A stretch of DNA of 63,832 nucleotides, filler included, from 6 parts of 6 records of this genome joined end to end with filler, not necessarily neighbours in it, one strand, 5' to 3'. Positions 1 through 9,972 are shown, counted from the whole stretch's first letter. Notes: generated by a model from the letters alone, not told the origin. Numbers and translations are program-made.

Positions 1-109
1 GCAAACGGCTCGGAGAGCCGAGCGACAATCCCAAGCACCCAAACTTCAAAAGTGATCTGTCCTGGTCGCCGAGTGCTCGGTCCAGACTCTGGGGCACGGG
101 TCTGCTATC

Positions 110-1675
110 ATGTCGTTTCCAACTGCGATACACAAGAAGGAGCTCACCGTGATTCGACTTGCCGTCCTATGCTTCTCGCTGACAATGCTCATCTATGCCG
201 GTGAGGTGTCAGCGGCGAGTCCACCCAATGTTATCATCATTCTTGCGGACGATTTGGGCTACGGCGATTTGGGTTGCTACGGAAACGAACTCGTTCCCAC
301 GCCCAACATGGATTCTCTGGCCAGGCACGGACGCAGGTTCACCAATGCCTATTCGCCTTCGTCGGTCTGCAGCCCGTCGCGGTACAACCTGATGACGGGG
401 CGGTATGCGTGGCGGACGTGGCTCAAGTCGGGAACGATCTGGGCATACGATCCGCTGGTGATTGAGCCGGATCGTTTTACGCTCGCGGACTTGTTCAAAG
501 CTCAGCAGTATCGCACCGCTCTGATCGGCAAGTGGCACCTGGGCTTCGGTGATCGCAGTCTGCCAGGCTGGAGCGACGACGTTGGACCGGATTACAACGG
601 CAAGCTGTCGCCGGGACCAAACGATGTCGGGTTCGATTACTTCTGGGGATTTCCGCACGTTGGTCAGAAGCCGCATGTCCTGATTGAAAACGACCGAGTG
701 CTGGGGCTGGACCCATCCGATCCACTTCGCATTCTGCCCGACCCGCGTCCCGAGTATCGGCTGAACTATCGCAGTCGCAGTCGAGTTGGAGCGGCCAGGC
801 TTGGCGTCAAAGGTGGTGGGCAGGCCAGGTACCAGCACAATGAGCTGTCGGATGTACTGACGGAGCGAGCTGTTGAGTACATTCGCGATCAGTCCGCCGA
901 GCAGCCGTTTTTTCTTTTTCTGGCGCATCGCAATGTTCACGGCCCTTTGATTCCGGCAGCTCGGTTTGCCGGCAAGTCACAGATCGGAACCTATGGCGAT
1001 TTTCTGATGGAACTGGATGAATCGGTCGGCAAGGTTTTGCAGGTGGTCGAGCAACAGGGGCTGGAGTCGAACACGCTGGTGTTGTTGACCAGCGACAATG
1101 GCGGAGTGGTCGAGTATCGGCCGCTGGATCATCCGACGATTCGTGGCCATTCGCCCAACGGTTCGCTTCGAGGGCAAAAGACCAGCGTCTACGAAGGCGG
1201 CGTTCGAGTCCCCTTGCTGGCACGTTGGCCTGGCGTGATCGAAGGTGGAACACAAGATGATTCACTGGTAGCACTGACGGACTTCCTGGCCACCTTCGCC
1301 GATTACTTCGACTCACCGTTGCCGCCTCACGCTGGCGAAGACAGTTTCTCGTTCCTCGGGTCGCTGGTCGGCAAAGAGTCAGAAGAGAGCTCCCCATCAG
1401 AGAAGCGAACGAGTGTGATTTGCGACAGTTTCACTGGCATGATGGCGATTCGCTCAGGGCCATGGAAACTGATTCAGGGACAACACGGCGGTGGAGCGGG
1501 CACGCAGGAAATTTCTCCTCAGCAGGATCTACCACCTGCTCAATTGTTTCACCTCGACAATGATCCGACCGAAGCAACCAACCTTTACGAGACCCGTTCG
1601 GACGTCGTCGCACGATTGACTCAGGAGCTTACCGACGCCCTCATGCGCCCAACGCGAACGTTGACTCCGGAATGA
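110..1675 (+). CDS. Formylglycine-dependent (S1) sulfatase, arylsulfatase A family, secreted
   Basis: PNVIIILADDLG, CSPSR (CxPxR) motif, GKWHLG, SDNG, YEGGVRVP; N-terminal signal peptide. True start may be the GTG at about 149. Confidence 0.92.
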   Translation: MSFPTAIHKKELTVIRLAVLCFSLTMLIYAGEVSAASPPNVIIILADDLGYGDLGCYGNELVPTPNMDSLARHGRRFTNAYSPSSVCSPSRYNLMTGRYAWRTWLKSGTIWAYDPLVIEPDRFTLADLFKAQQYRTALIGKWHLGFGDRSLPGWSDDVGPDYNGKLSPGPNDVGFDYFWGFPHVGQKPHVLIENDRVLGLDPSDPLRILPDPRPEYRLNYRSRSRVGAARLGVKGGGQARYQHNELSDVLTERAVEYIRDQSAEQPFFLFLAHRNVHGPLIPAARFAGKSQIGTYGDFLMELDESVGKVLQVVEQQGLESNTLVLLTSDNGGVVEYRPLDHPTIRGHSPNGSLRGQKTSVYEGGVRVPLLARWPGVIEGGTQDDSLVALTDFLATFADYFDSPLPPHAGEDSFSFLGSLVGKESEESSPSEKRTSVICDSFTGMMAIRSGPWKLIQGQHGGGAGTQEISPQQDLPPAQLFHLDNDPTEATNLYETRSDVVARLTQELTDALMRPTRTLTPE

Positions 1676-1724
1676 GTGTGTGGAAATTGAGGGAACATAT
1701 TGGTGAGCCAGAGTCCGTCGCGGC

Positions 1725-2003
1725 GGCAGGTGGTTGCAGGCAGGCTGCCTGCACTACGAGGGCGAAGCCCCCTCCCGGCGGCATTACCGCCGACCTCCCC
1801 CGCGTTGCGGTTGAGGTGACAGGATCCAGGTGGCTGCAGGGCAGGGCAATGGAAGTGACAGGAATGTTTGGCAGGTGGATGCAGGCAGGCTGCCGGCACT
1901 ACGAGGGCGGAGCCCCCTCCCGGCGGCATTACCGCCGACGTCCCACGCGTTGCGGTTGAGGTAAGTGTTTGGGAGTTGGATGCAGGCAGGCTGCCTGCAC
2001 TAC
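1725..2003 (-). repeat. Cluster of GTAG-type REP elements: two ~93-nt direct repeat units plus a third core copy
   Basis: Core TGCAGGCAGGCTGCC(T/G)GCACTAC at 1735-1757, 1880-1902 and 1981-2003. The reverse complement is GTAG followed by the palindrome TGCAGGCAG-C-CTGCCTGCA. Lies between convergent genes. Confidence 0.8.
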
Positions 2004-2011
2004 GTGTTGGG

Positions 2012-2770
2012 CTAGTAGCGTTGCTGGCCGCCGGGTTGAGGGTTCTGGGCGGTCCAGCGATTGGGCTGCGTGCTGATGGCGTTCTGGGCCAAGCGGAAGT
2101 TTAGGGATGCGACCTTTTGGGCAACGTCCGCCTGCAAACCATTCAGCGCAAGACTTTGTTGGTAGTCCTGGAGAGCTTGTGCGTATTCGCCCGCCTCCTC
2201 ACGCAGGAGGGCTCGAGCAGCCCAGGCCCTCGGGTCTTGAACGTTTGCTTGCAGCGCCTCATCGACATACTGGGCGGCCAGTTCCGATTTCCCCAGCTCC
2301 TTGTTAAGACGCGCGAGTTCGAGCTTCGGATCACTAAGCATTGGGTTGTTGCGCGACCACTGATCAAGCAATCGTACCGCGCTGTCTCGCCGACCCGATT
2401 CGACTAGTAAAACGGCCAGGCCACGGTGACAGTCAACGTGATTGGGGTTGAGATCCAAACACTGGTTGTACAGCGATTCAGCTTGTTCGATGACCCTGCC
2501 ATCTTTTTGCGCGACGCCAAGCTTGTGGTATGTCGACGCCAAGTTGTAATACGCGTCTGGGTTCGACGGATCGGTTGACTGTGCGACTTGGAACTGCTGC
2601 AGCGCCTCCGCATAGCGGCCTTGCTGGTACAAACGCACTCCCATCGTATTCTGGCCAGTGCTACTCCACCGGCAGCCAGCGGCACCAACAATCAGCAGGA
2701 CCGCAAACGCAAGAAATGGTACGCAGTTGGGTCGTCGGATTTCGGTTTGGCCGTCAGTCGAATGGCTCAT
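2012..2770 (-). CDS. TPR-repeat lipoprotein
   Basis: Hydrophobic stretch ending in lipobox-like GAAGC; several TPR motifs (YAEALQQF...DAYYNLA, DCHRGLAVLL). Confidence 0.8.
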   Translation of the reverse strand: MSHSTDGQTEIRRPNCVPFLAFAVLLIVGAAGCRWSSTGQNTMGVRLYQQGRYAEALQQFQVAQSTDPSNPDAYYNLASTYHKLGVAQKDGRVIEQAESLYNQCLDLNPNHVDCHRGLAVLLVESGRRDSAVRLLDQWSRNNPMLSDPKLELARLNKELGKSELAAQYVDEALQANVQDPRAWAARALLREEAGEYAQALQDYQQSLALNGLQADVAQKVASLNFRLAQNAISTQPNRWTAQNPQPGGQQRY

Positions 2771-3156
2771 GGTCGAGGTTATCCAGGTCGTTGAATTGGA
2801 CGCCGCGGTGTCGAATTGGGGAGAGCGGGCAGTCTTAGTCCTGGAACTTTAGACAAAACGTACATTTTCCCTCAAGGCGACTTATCGCTAGCAAGCTGCA
2901 AACACTGGTGTGGCAAACTGGGAAAGCAGCCGGTGGATTACTGCGGGAATAGTTGGCAAGTGGTCGGTAGAGCGATATTGAGGAGAATAGCTGGCAGTCC
3001 TATACTCTTTGGCTTCGTGCGAAATCGAAGTACTGATTAGTCTTCGTCACGACCAAATTATTTGCGGTCCGGCCAAATGATTGAGCCCGAATGCTTGATC
3101 GAGCCCGAAAGCTGCTGTGCAGCGGCTCTGGCAGAGGGCGCTCCTGAGGTATTGAA

Positions 3157-4065
3157 ATGAACAAGCGGCGACACGAGCTAGAACGTAACGAACTTGCCGA
3201 CCGGCTAGAAACCGGAATTGAATCGGCACAGTCGTACATACCCGTGATTCTGGGGGGCATTGCTGTCGTAGTATTGGCTGCTCTCGGATGGGGGCTGTGG
3301 AGTTCAAGTGCAAAGAAAAAGTCCGCTGCGGCTTGGGCGGACTACTATTTCACTATGAATGGTGGTGAAGCCGACACCTATCTGGATGTATCGGACGATC
3401 ACAGCGGTACTGCTGCGGCGGATTGGGCTCAGCTCACAGCGGCGGCGGGTTACCTTGAGGCTGGATTGAGCTCGATTTACACCGATTCGGCAGACGCTAA
3501 GCGTCAGATTGAACTGGCAATCGAGCAATTCGAGCAACTCAGGAATCACTCCAACACTGATCTGCGTACCAAGGCGTTGCTTGGCCTCGCCCAATGTCAC
3601 GAGTCGTTGGGGGATCTGGATACTGCAATTTCCACCTACGAAGACCTGAGCAAGACGGCAACCCAGCCTCAATTGCTTGCCAAGGCTTCGGAGCGAATTG
3701 AGTTCCTTAATAGCTCGACAGGTAAAGAGTTTTACGCATGGTTCAAGGAGCTTGAGCCCAAGCCTGATGCCCCAATTACGCTGCCAAGCGACTTGACGAC
3801 GCCTCCGATGGGGCCGGAAGGAATGGAGTTTACCCCGCCAGCCGGTGCGGATTTGCCTGCAGTTGATCCTGCATCCACTGGAGCGGACGCGGCCGTGGCA
3901 CCTGGAGCCGATATCGCTCCAGTCGCACCAATTCCACCTGCGACAGATCCCGATAGCGGTGACGATTCAGGAGCAGGTCTCGAGTCCGAAGCTGGCAGCG
4001 GCTTGGAGCTTGATGGACCTGCCTCAAGTGGCGATGGAGCTGGCAACAAAGACAAAGGCCAGTAA
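3157..4065 (+). CDS. Single-TM TPR protein (YfgM-like) with acidic Pro-rich tail
   Basis: RRHELERNELAD N-terminus, one TM helix, TPR motif (ALLGLAQCHESLGDLDTAISTY), low-complexity C-terminus. Confidence 0.7.
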   Translation: MNKRRHELERNELADRLETGIESAQSYIPVILGGIAVVVLAALGWGLWSSSAKKKSAAAWADYYFTMNGGEADTYLDVSDDHSGTAAADWAQLTAAAGYLEAGLSSIYTDSADAKRQIELAIEQFEQLRNHSNTDLRTKALLGLAQCHESLGDLDTAISTYEDLSKTATQPQLLAKASERIEFLNSSTGKEFYAWFKELEPKPDAPITLPSDLTTPPMGPEGMEFTPPAGADLPAVDPASTGADAAVAPGADIAPVAPIPPATDPDSGDDSGAGLESEAGSGLELDGPASSGDGAGNKDKGQ

Positions 4066-4091
4066 CGGCTAGAAGTTTTGCTCTTCTGGGA

Positions 4092-4188
4092 GTAGGTCAG
4101 ACGAAGCGAAACGCGATTCCGGCGTCTGTCGGCGCAACATGCAGAGCCTTGCCGGATCGACGTCGCTTCGCCCCTTGATCCGGCCTAC
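4092..4188. repeat. Inverted pair of GTAG REP elements (REPIN-like), second REP family
   Basis: GTAGGTCAGACGAAGCGAAACGCGATTCCGGC (+, 4092-4123) faces GTAGGCCGGATCAAGGGGCGAAGCGACGTCGATCCGGCA (-, 4188-4150). Resembles the enterobacterial REP GTAGGCCGGATAAG...ATCCGGCA. Confidence 0.7.
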
Positions 4189-4299
4189 CGAACTAGAATC
4201 CGAATCATTACGCAGCAAGACTGAAATCGTTGCTGCATCTTTGGCGGCAACGTTGCCGTCTCTTTCAGCGTCTTGACCGCTGCTACGGAAGCTCATCTT

Positions 4300-5286
4300 G
4301 TGAGTGAAACAACCCTCTTCGAATACATTGTCGCTGAAGGCAATCACGGCCAGCGTTTAGATGCCGTCCTGGCTCTGCAGTTGGATGCTTACAGTCGTGT
4401 CTTCTTGCGGAAGGTTGTGCAAGATGGCGGAGCGACAGTCGACGGTCAGAAGATGAAGCCTAGCTTTAGGGTGCAGACGGGGCAACGTATCGTTGTCGAT
4501 CTACCCCCACCGCCGGACGACGGTCCGAAGCCCGAGAATATTCCCTTATCAATTATCTACGAAGACGACTCGCTGGTAGCCATCGACAAGCCTGCCGGCA
4601 TGGTCGTGCACCCAGCCAAGGGGAATTGGAGCGGGACGCTGGCAAGTGCGCTTGCGTATAAGTTTCAATCGTTGAGTGATGTTGGTGGCCCGACGCGGCC
4701 CGGCATTATCCATCGCCTTGACCGTGACACTAGTGGAGTCATCTTGGTAGCCAAAAGCAACGCTGTGCATCTGAAGATGTCGGAGCAGTTTGAGCAGCGC
4801 ACGGTCGAAAAAGAGTACTTTGCGATCACGATCGGCAAGTTGGAATTGGACCGTGACGTTATTCGTCAGCCGATTGGTCCGCACCCTTATCAACGTGACA
4901 AGATGGCGATTCGTGATGGGCATCCGCAGTCCCGCGATGCCGAAACTTGGTACGAAGTAACCGCTCGATACGGCGGGATTTCCGCGGTCACGGTGCGTCC
5001 AAAGACCGGCCGCACGCACCAGATACGTGTCCACCTGTCTCACGCGGGAGCACCCGTCTTGTGCGATCGGTTGTATGCTGGCCATTCTCAAGTAAGTCGC
5101 GGGGAATTGCTGCGGCGGATGGCTCGGCGAGAGCCACCGGTGCAGGGTGACGATGATGTCTTGCTGCAGCGTCAAGCGCTCCACGCTCGTCGGATCCAGT
5201 TTCAGCATCCAACTTCGGGCGAGACACTCGCACTGGAAGCACCCGTGCCGGCGGATATGCAGGCAGTGCTCGATACACTGGCATAG
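4300..5286 (+). CDS. rluD: RluA-family 23S rRNA pseudouridine synthase (RluD-like)
   Basis: N-terminal S4 domain (QRLDAVLA...SR), DKPAGMVVHP, catalytic HRLDRDTSG, TGRTHQIRVH, QALHA. GTG start assumed at 4300. Confidence 0.9.
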   Translation: MSETTLFEYIVAEGNHGQRLDAVLALQLDAYSRVFLRKVVQDGGATVDGQKMKPSFRVQTGQRIVVDLPPPPDDGPKPENIPLSIIYEDDSLVAIDKPAGMVVHPAKGNWSGTLASALAYKFQSLSDVGGPTRPGIIHRLDRDTSGVILVAKSNAVHLKMSEQFEQRTVEKEYFAITIGKLELDRDVIRQPIGPHPYQRDKMAIRDGHPQSRDAETWYEVTARYGGISAVTVRPKTGRTHQIRVHLSHAGAPVLCDRLYAGHSQVSRGELLRRMARREPPVQGDDDVLLQRQALHARRIQFQHPTSGETLALEAPVPADMQAVLDTLA

Positions 5287-5607
5287 TTAGCCGCGATTGA
5301 GGATCACTTTGCCCGTTCGTTCATCGACGCGGTACAACTGGGGTGGCTGTTCCGGCATTCCTTCGGCTGGCTTGAGTGAAACCAGCCAGTACGGTTCTGC
5401 TGGAACGTTGTTGGCAACCATCGCAGCGAGTGTTTCGGCATCGTGTACGCCATTCTCGCTGTAGAGCCTCGCGTGGAATTCTCTTTCCTTACGAAGCTTT
5501 TCTTGGTCAAAGAACACCGCCGAGCATCGAGTTCCGGGCGGAATATTGCCAAGGTGCTCGATTACGATCATGATGGCCGTCTTCTGGTCAATTTCGCGCC
5601 TGCTCAT
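5287..5607 (-). CDS. Hypothetical protein (106 aa, MSRREIDQKTAIMIVIEHLG...)
   Basis: Protein-like C-terminal part of ORF 5287..5937, trimmed to the ATG at 5607; ends in a PepSY-like LYRVDERTGKV strand. Confidence 0.6.
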   Translation of the reverse strand: MSRREIDQKTAIMIVIEHLGNIPPGTRCSAVFFDQEKLRKEREFHARLYSENGVHDAETLAAMVANNVPAEPYWLVSLKPAEGMPEQPPQLYRVDERTGKVILNRG

Positions 5608-5895
5608 CCGCCTGCTTGCTTTCGGGTACTTAGATTCATGGTGGGGTGATCGTTGGGCTGCAAATCGTGCGTGCTGGTTATCATATCGGGTGACACGAAA
5701 TGGTCGAGCTGAATCATAGCAGGGATAATGGGCTGACCCAGAAGATCGATGCAGGCTTTTCCCCCAGGGGGCTGGCTGAGTGCACGTTGCATTGGTAGCC
5801 ACTAGAATGCAGATGGAGTGAGATGGCCTGCGGAGAGGCACGCTCACTCGACTTGTACCTGCTTCTTCAATTTTCATCTCAAGAGTAGCAAACGC

Positions 5896-7038
5896 ATGCT
5901 TCATCGTATTGTTTTTTCCGCAGTCGCTGGTTTCCACCGCAGAGGCTTCATTTGCGGTCTCGTTTTGATTTTTCTTTCAGCAACGACTTCAGTTCAAGCG
6001 CAGCAGAGTGCTCCGGATACTAGCCGCAAGTCCAACAAGGAAACAAAGTTGACGTACAGCATCGTGATTCATGGTGGGGCCGGTGGCGATCCGACTCGAT
6101 GGACAGAAAAGTATCAGCAGCAGCGACGGGAGTCGCTCACGGCAGCTCTGAAGTTGGGCGAAGAAATGCTGAAGGAGGGTAAGCCAGCTCTGGACGTAGT
6201 GGAGCAGGTCGTTCGCAAGATGGAAGATGATCCCGTATTCAACGCGGGACGTGGGTGTGTCCTCAATGAAAACGGCAACCACGAACTCGACGCCTGCATC
6301 ATGGATGGGCGTGATCTCAGATGCGGAGCGGTTGCAGCGAGCACCACTGCGAAACACCCGATCACTTTGGCGCGAAAGGTCATGGAGCAGACTCGTCATG
6401 TGCTTTTGATTGGAACTGGTGCGAACGAATTTGGTGAAGCTGCGGGAGTTGAACAGGCTGATGCGTCGTGGTTTCAGACACCGCGCAAACTCGAGAGCTG
6501 GAAGAAATGGAAAGCCGGCAAGAAGGACGCATCGTTGCACTCGCCAAGCTCACTGCAAATGGTCAGCCAAACGCCGTCAAAAGACAATTCCGGCGATGCG
6601 AAAAAGGGCGACGTCGATGAGCTCTACTTGGGAACAGTCGGTTGTGTCGCACTTGATTCCAACGGTAACTTGGCCGCTGCAACTAGCACGGGCGGATTGA
6701 TGGGCAAGCGATGGGGCAGGGTAGGGGACTCGCCCATCGTCGGTGCCGGGAACTATGCCGACAATCGCTCGTGCGCGGTAAGTGGGACTGGTGTTGGCGA
6801 AGAGTTTATTCGACTGAGCGTGGCCAAAGACATTGCCGCCCGCATGCAGTACGGAGGCAAAACACTCGATGTGGCCGCGTCAGAAACGGTTGCTCAGCTA
6901 CCCGAAGACGCCGGCGGTGTCATCGCAGTTGACGCGAAGGGAAATGCAGCGATGCCTTTCAATACACCTGGGATGTCACGTGGGCATGCGAATAGCAACG
7001 GTGAGTTTACGGTGCTGCTAGGCCGCGAAAAAGAGTAA
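5896..7038 (+). CDS. iaaA: Isoaspartyl peptidase / plant-type L-asparaginase (Ntn hydrolase) with signal peptide
   Basis: IHGGAG, FNAGRG, autocleavage site GTVG, STGG, GRVGDSP, SGTGVGE. Confidence 0.9.
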   Translation: MLHRIVFSAVAGFHRRGFICGLVLIFLSATTSVQAQQSAPDTSRKSNKETKLTYSIVIHGGAGGDPTRWTEKYQQQRRESLTAALKLGEEMLKEGKPALDVVEQVVRKMEDDPVFNAGRGCVLNENGNHELDACIMDGRDLRCGAVAASTTAKHPITLARKVMEQTRHVLLIGTGANEFGEAAGVEQADASWFQTPRKLESWKKWKAGKKDASLHSPSSLQMVSQTPSKDNSGDAKKGDVDELYLGTVGCVALDSNGNLAAATSTGGLMGKRWGRVGDSPIVGAGNYADNRSCAVSGTGVGEEFIRLSVAKDIAARMQYGGKTLDVAASETVAQLPEDAGGVIAVDAKGNAAMPFNTPGMSRGHANSNGEFTVLLGREKE

Positions 7039-7061
7039 ACGCAGTCCCAATATCCGAGACT

Positions 7062-7247
7062 CTACTTCTCAGGTGCGTTTAGTTTGATTTGAACAACCTG
7101 TTTAGTCGATGAGCAGCCGCCGCTGCTTGGGCAATTCCCACACCCGCCCGCGGTGTCGCCAACGACAAACAGGTAGGCTCTTCGAACCAAATAGGCAGCG
7201 GCTCCAAGCACGATCGCGGCGACGAAAAGGGTTTGTGCGTCAAACAT
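7062..7247 (-). CDS. FeoB-associated Cys-rich membrane peptide
   Basis: MFDAQTLFVAAIVLGAAAYLVRR TM helix followed by GGCGNCPSSGGC; 8 nt downstream of the feoB stop. Confidence 0.8.
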   Translation of the reverse strand: MFDAQTLFVAAIVLGAAAYLVRRAYLFVVGDTAGGCGNCPSSGGCSSTKQVVQIKLNAPEK

Positions 7248-7255
7248 TGTGGTTG

Positions 7256-9475
7256 CTAACTGAACAGGTTGCCAACTTGGTAGGTCACCAATGCCGCCAA
7301 GTACGCCAGGACGGTCATGTACACAAATGTGAAGATTGGCCACCGCCATGAGTTTGTTTCGCGTTTGATGACCATGAGTGTTGCTGCGCACTGAGCACAC
7401 AGCGCGAAGAACACCATGATCGACAGGGCTACCGGGACGGTGAAAACCGGCGATCCGTCGTCCCAGGTCGCTTGGATCATTGCGGCTTGCAACGGTTCAT
7501 TCTCGGCCTCGCCGCCAAGGGAATAGATCGTTCCCAGCGTTGCCAAAATGACCTCTCTGGCGGGGAAGGAAGCAACAACACCAACGCCGATTCGCCAATC
7601 CCAGCCCAGGGGTTTCACGACCGGTTCGATGCCATGCCCGGCCATGCCGAGGAAGCTGCGTTCGATCAACCGTCCGCTCTCGATCTTGAGCTCTTCCTCC
7701 AACTCGGTTTGCTTGCCTGAGCTGCCGTCTTCAGCGGAGCTTTCGGCTGTTTCTTCTGCTGTCTCACTGGCGGAGGCCTGTGCTAAGGCTTCCAGCTGGG
7801 CCTCTAGTTCGTGATGCCGAGTGTGGTCGCCAGGAAAATAGCCGGCAGCCCAAACGAGAATCGAGGTGCAGAAAATCAGTGTTCCAGCCCGGACAAGAAA
7901 CGCTTGAGCGCGTTCCCATACGCGCTGAAAGACAACGCTGGGCGTCGGAATCTTGTAGCTTGGCAGCTCCATGACAAATGGCGGGACATCGCCGGGGAAG
8001 AAGAACCGTTTTAGGAACCAGGCTACTGGAACCGCGACGAGAGCCCCGACCAAATGCATTGCAAAGAGCACTACACCCTGCAGGCCAACCCAGCCTCCGA
8101 GCAAGCTGGTGTTCGGTATGAATGCCGACGTTAAAACGACATAGACGGGCAATCTGGCAGAGCAACTCATCAGCGGCGCGACCAAGATTGTTACCATGCG
8201 GTCACGCCAATTCTCGATGACGCGCGTGGCCATGATTCCAGGTACGGCGCATGCAAATGAAGACATAAGCGGGACAAAGGATTTTCCGCTCAAGCCTAGC
8301 TTGGTCATCAATTTGTCCATCACAAAGGCAGCGCGGGCCATGTAGCCACAGTCTTCCAGCAAGCCGATGAAGAAGAACAGCATCAAAATTTGTGGAAGGA
8401 ATATGACCACCGAACCAACGCCAGCGATCAGCCCATCGTTGATAAGGCTGCGGAGTATGCCAGGCGGCAGCAATGATTCAACGAACTGTGTTGCCGCTGG
8501 CTGGGCCGTTTCGGCGATCAAGTCCATTGCATAGCCAGACACGGTCGTGATGGCCTGGAAAACCAAGAACATGACCAACAGAAACGCGAGCAGTCCCCAA
8601 ACGCGGTGTGTCAGGAGACCATCAATTCGGTCACTGGAAGTTGAGTTGCGTGTTTGGTCACGCTGTACAACGCCGCTGAGTTGCCCGCGGATTTTTCTAT
8701 AACGCGAACTGGCTTCGACGGATGCAAGACGCACTCCTGCATCGGCGATGCGTTGTCGGGCGTCGTCGATTGAGGATGCAAAGTTGTGTTCTGGGAACCT
8801 TGCAGCGAGGTCTTCTTCGTACGCACCGCCTTTGTCCAAGAGCGTCCGTTGCAGGACAAACCGCGGAAGTGTTTCCTTGGTCTTCTGGGCTATCTCTTTC
8901 CCGAGGACATCGATTTGTTCTTGAAGGGCTTCTGGAAAGACTGACTCTGAGGGCTGGCTGGAGTCGCTGGCCGCCAACTCGCGTATCGCTTGCTTAACCT
9001 CGGTGATTCCCCTGCATTTGCTTGCGGAAATCGTGATCGCACGATGGCCCAGTCGCTCTTCAAGGGCGGGGACGTCAATCTCAACACCTTCGGCGGCAAC
9101 TCGATCCCACATATTTAGGATGAGCAAGACGGGTTTGCCGAGCTCGCAGGCTTGCGAAAACAGGTAGAGATTTCGCTCTAGATTGGTGGCATCGGTGACG
9201 ACCGCAATTACATCAACGTGTGGCACATCTTCGTGACGGCCGAGCAAAACATCCACCGACACTTTTTCGTCCAGCGTCGTGGCAGCGAGCGAGTATGTGC
9301 CTGGTAGGTCGACCACGTCAACTTGACCAGTGTCGTCGGCGTACCGTCCAACTTTCTTCTCAACCGTCACGCCTGGGTAGTTGCCAATTCTGGCTCGGAC
9401 ACCACAGAGCGCACTGAAGAGCGTGCTTTTTCCTGTGTTTGGGTTTCCCAAGAGAGTGACGGTGATTTTGCTCAT
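7256..9475 (-). CDS. feoB: Ferrous iron transporter FeoB
   Basis: GNPNTGKS (G1), GNYPGVTVE, DLPG (G3), LNMWD (G4), gate motifs CAVPGIMATR and MSCSARLPVY. Confidence 0.97.
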   Translation of the reverse strand: MSKITVTLLGNPNTGKSTLFSALCGVRARIGNYPGVTVEKKVGRYADDTGQVDVVDLPGTYSLAATTLDEKVSVDVLLGRHEDVPHVDVIAVVTDATNLERNLYLFSQACELGKPVLLILNMWDRVAAEGVEIDVPALEERLGHRAITISASKCRGITEVKQAIRELAASDSSQPSESVFPEALQEQIDVLGKEIAQKTKETLPRFVLQRTLLDKGGAYEEDLAARFPEHNFASSIDDARQRIADAGVRLASVEASSRYRKIRGQLSGVVQRDQTRNSTSSDRIDGLLTHRVWGLLAFLLVMFLVFQAITTVSGYAMDLIAETAQPAATQFVESLLPPGILRSLINDGLIAGVGSVVIFLPQILMLFFFIGLLEDCGYMARAAFVMDKLMTKLGLSGKSFVPLMSSFACAVPGIMATRVIENWRDRMVTILVAPLMSCSARLPVYVVLTSAFIPNTSLLGGWVGLQGVVLFAMHLVGALVAVPVAWFLKRFFFPGDVPPFVMELPSYKIPTPSVVFQRVWERAQAFLVRAGTLIFCTSILVWAAGYFPGDHTRHHELEAQLEALAQASASETAEETAESSAEDGSSGKQTELEEELKIESGRLIERSFLGMAGHGIEPVVKPLGWDWRIGVGVVASFPAREVILATLGTIYSLGGEAENEPLQAAMIQATWDDGSPVFTVPVALSIMVFFALCAQCAATLMVIKRETNSWRWPIFTFVYMTVLAYLAALVTYQVGNLFS

Positions 9476-9673
9476 CTGGGGGTCCGGTTCAGCTAAGCGT
9501 CTTGGCGGGCGCTTCAGAAGTGTGTTCTTTGAGGTAGGGGAGGGGGTAGCAGATTTTGCAATTGCCAGCCTAGTGTGCCAGCCTAGTGCACGGTACCGAC
9601 TGGATGGCGGTCACGGCTGGTGCACGGTCACGATATGTATCCTGCGAAGCCCTGAGTCGCGCTTGGTAAGGGG

Positions 9674-9916
9674 CTATTGTGCCGCCGCGGCGTCAACGGA
9701 AACGAGTACGCGTTTTGCTTCGACGTTCCGTAGAGAAAGGCGGTATCCACAAACGGAAATTTCGATCGGATCGCCAAGCGGAGCGCGGCCGACGATCTCA
9801 ATCGGCTCACCGTCGATCAGCCCCATTTCCATTAGCCGGCGAGCGATCGAATCTTCGCCCACTATTTCCTCAACTGTAGCTTTGAGACCTTCGTCGAGAT
9901 CGGCGAGCGAAGTCAT
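9674..9916 (-). CDS. feoA: FeoA
   Basis: RRLMEMGL...APLGDPIEI...LSLR FeoA SH3-like signature. Confidence 0.92.
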   Translation of the reverse strand: MTSLADLDEGLKATVEEIVGEDSIARRLMEMGLIDGEPIEIVGRAPLGDPIEISVCGYRLSLRNVEAKRVLVSVDAAAAQ

Positions 9917-9972
9917 GGGTAGGACCTGCGGGGCAGAAGCGCCAGTGCGGAAGCGGGTAGGGGGAGGGGATG

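Noticed and set aside
1725..2003. Possible CRISPR array
   Set aside because: Only three copies, irregular spacing (145 and 101 nt), the intervening sequence is itself repeated, no cas genes, and a dispersed copy exists elsewhere. This fits REP.
1672..2104. ORFs 1672..1959, 1621..1929 and 1868..2104 with repeated peptides
   Set aside because: They are translations of the non-coding REP cluster.
9563..9588. 13-nt direct duplication TGCCAGCCTAGTG between feoA and feoB
   Set aside because: Could be a slippage or excision footprint, but there is no other evidence of a mobile element.
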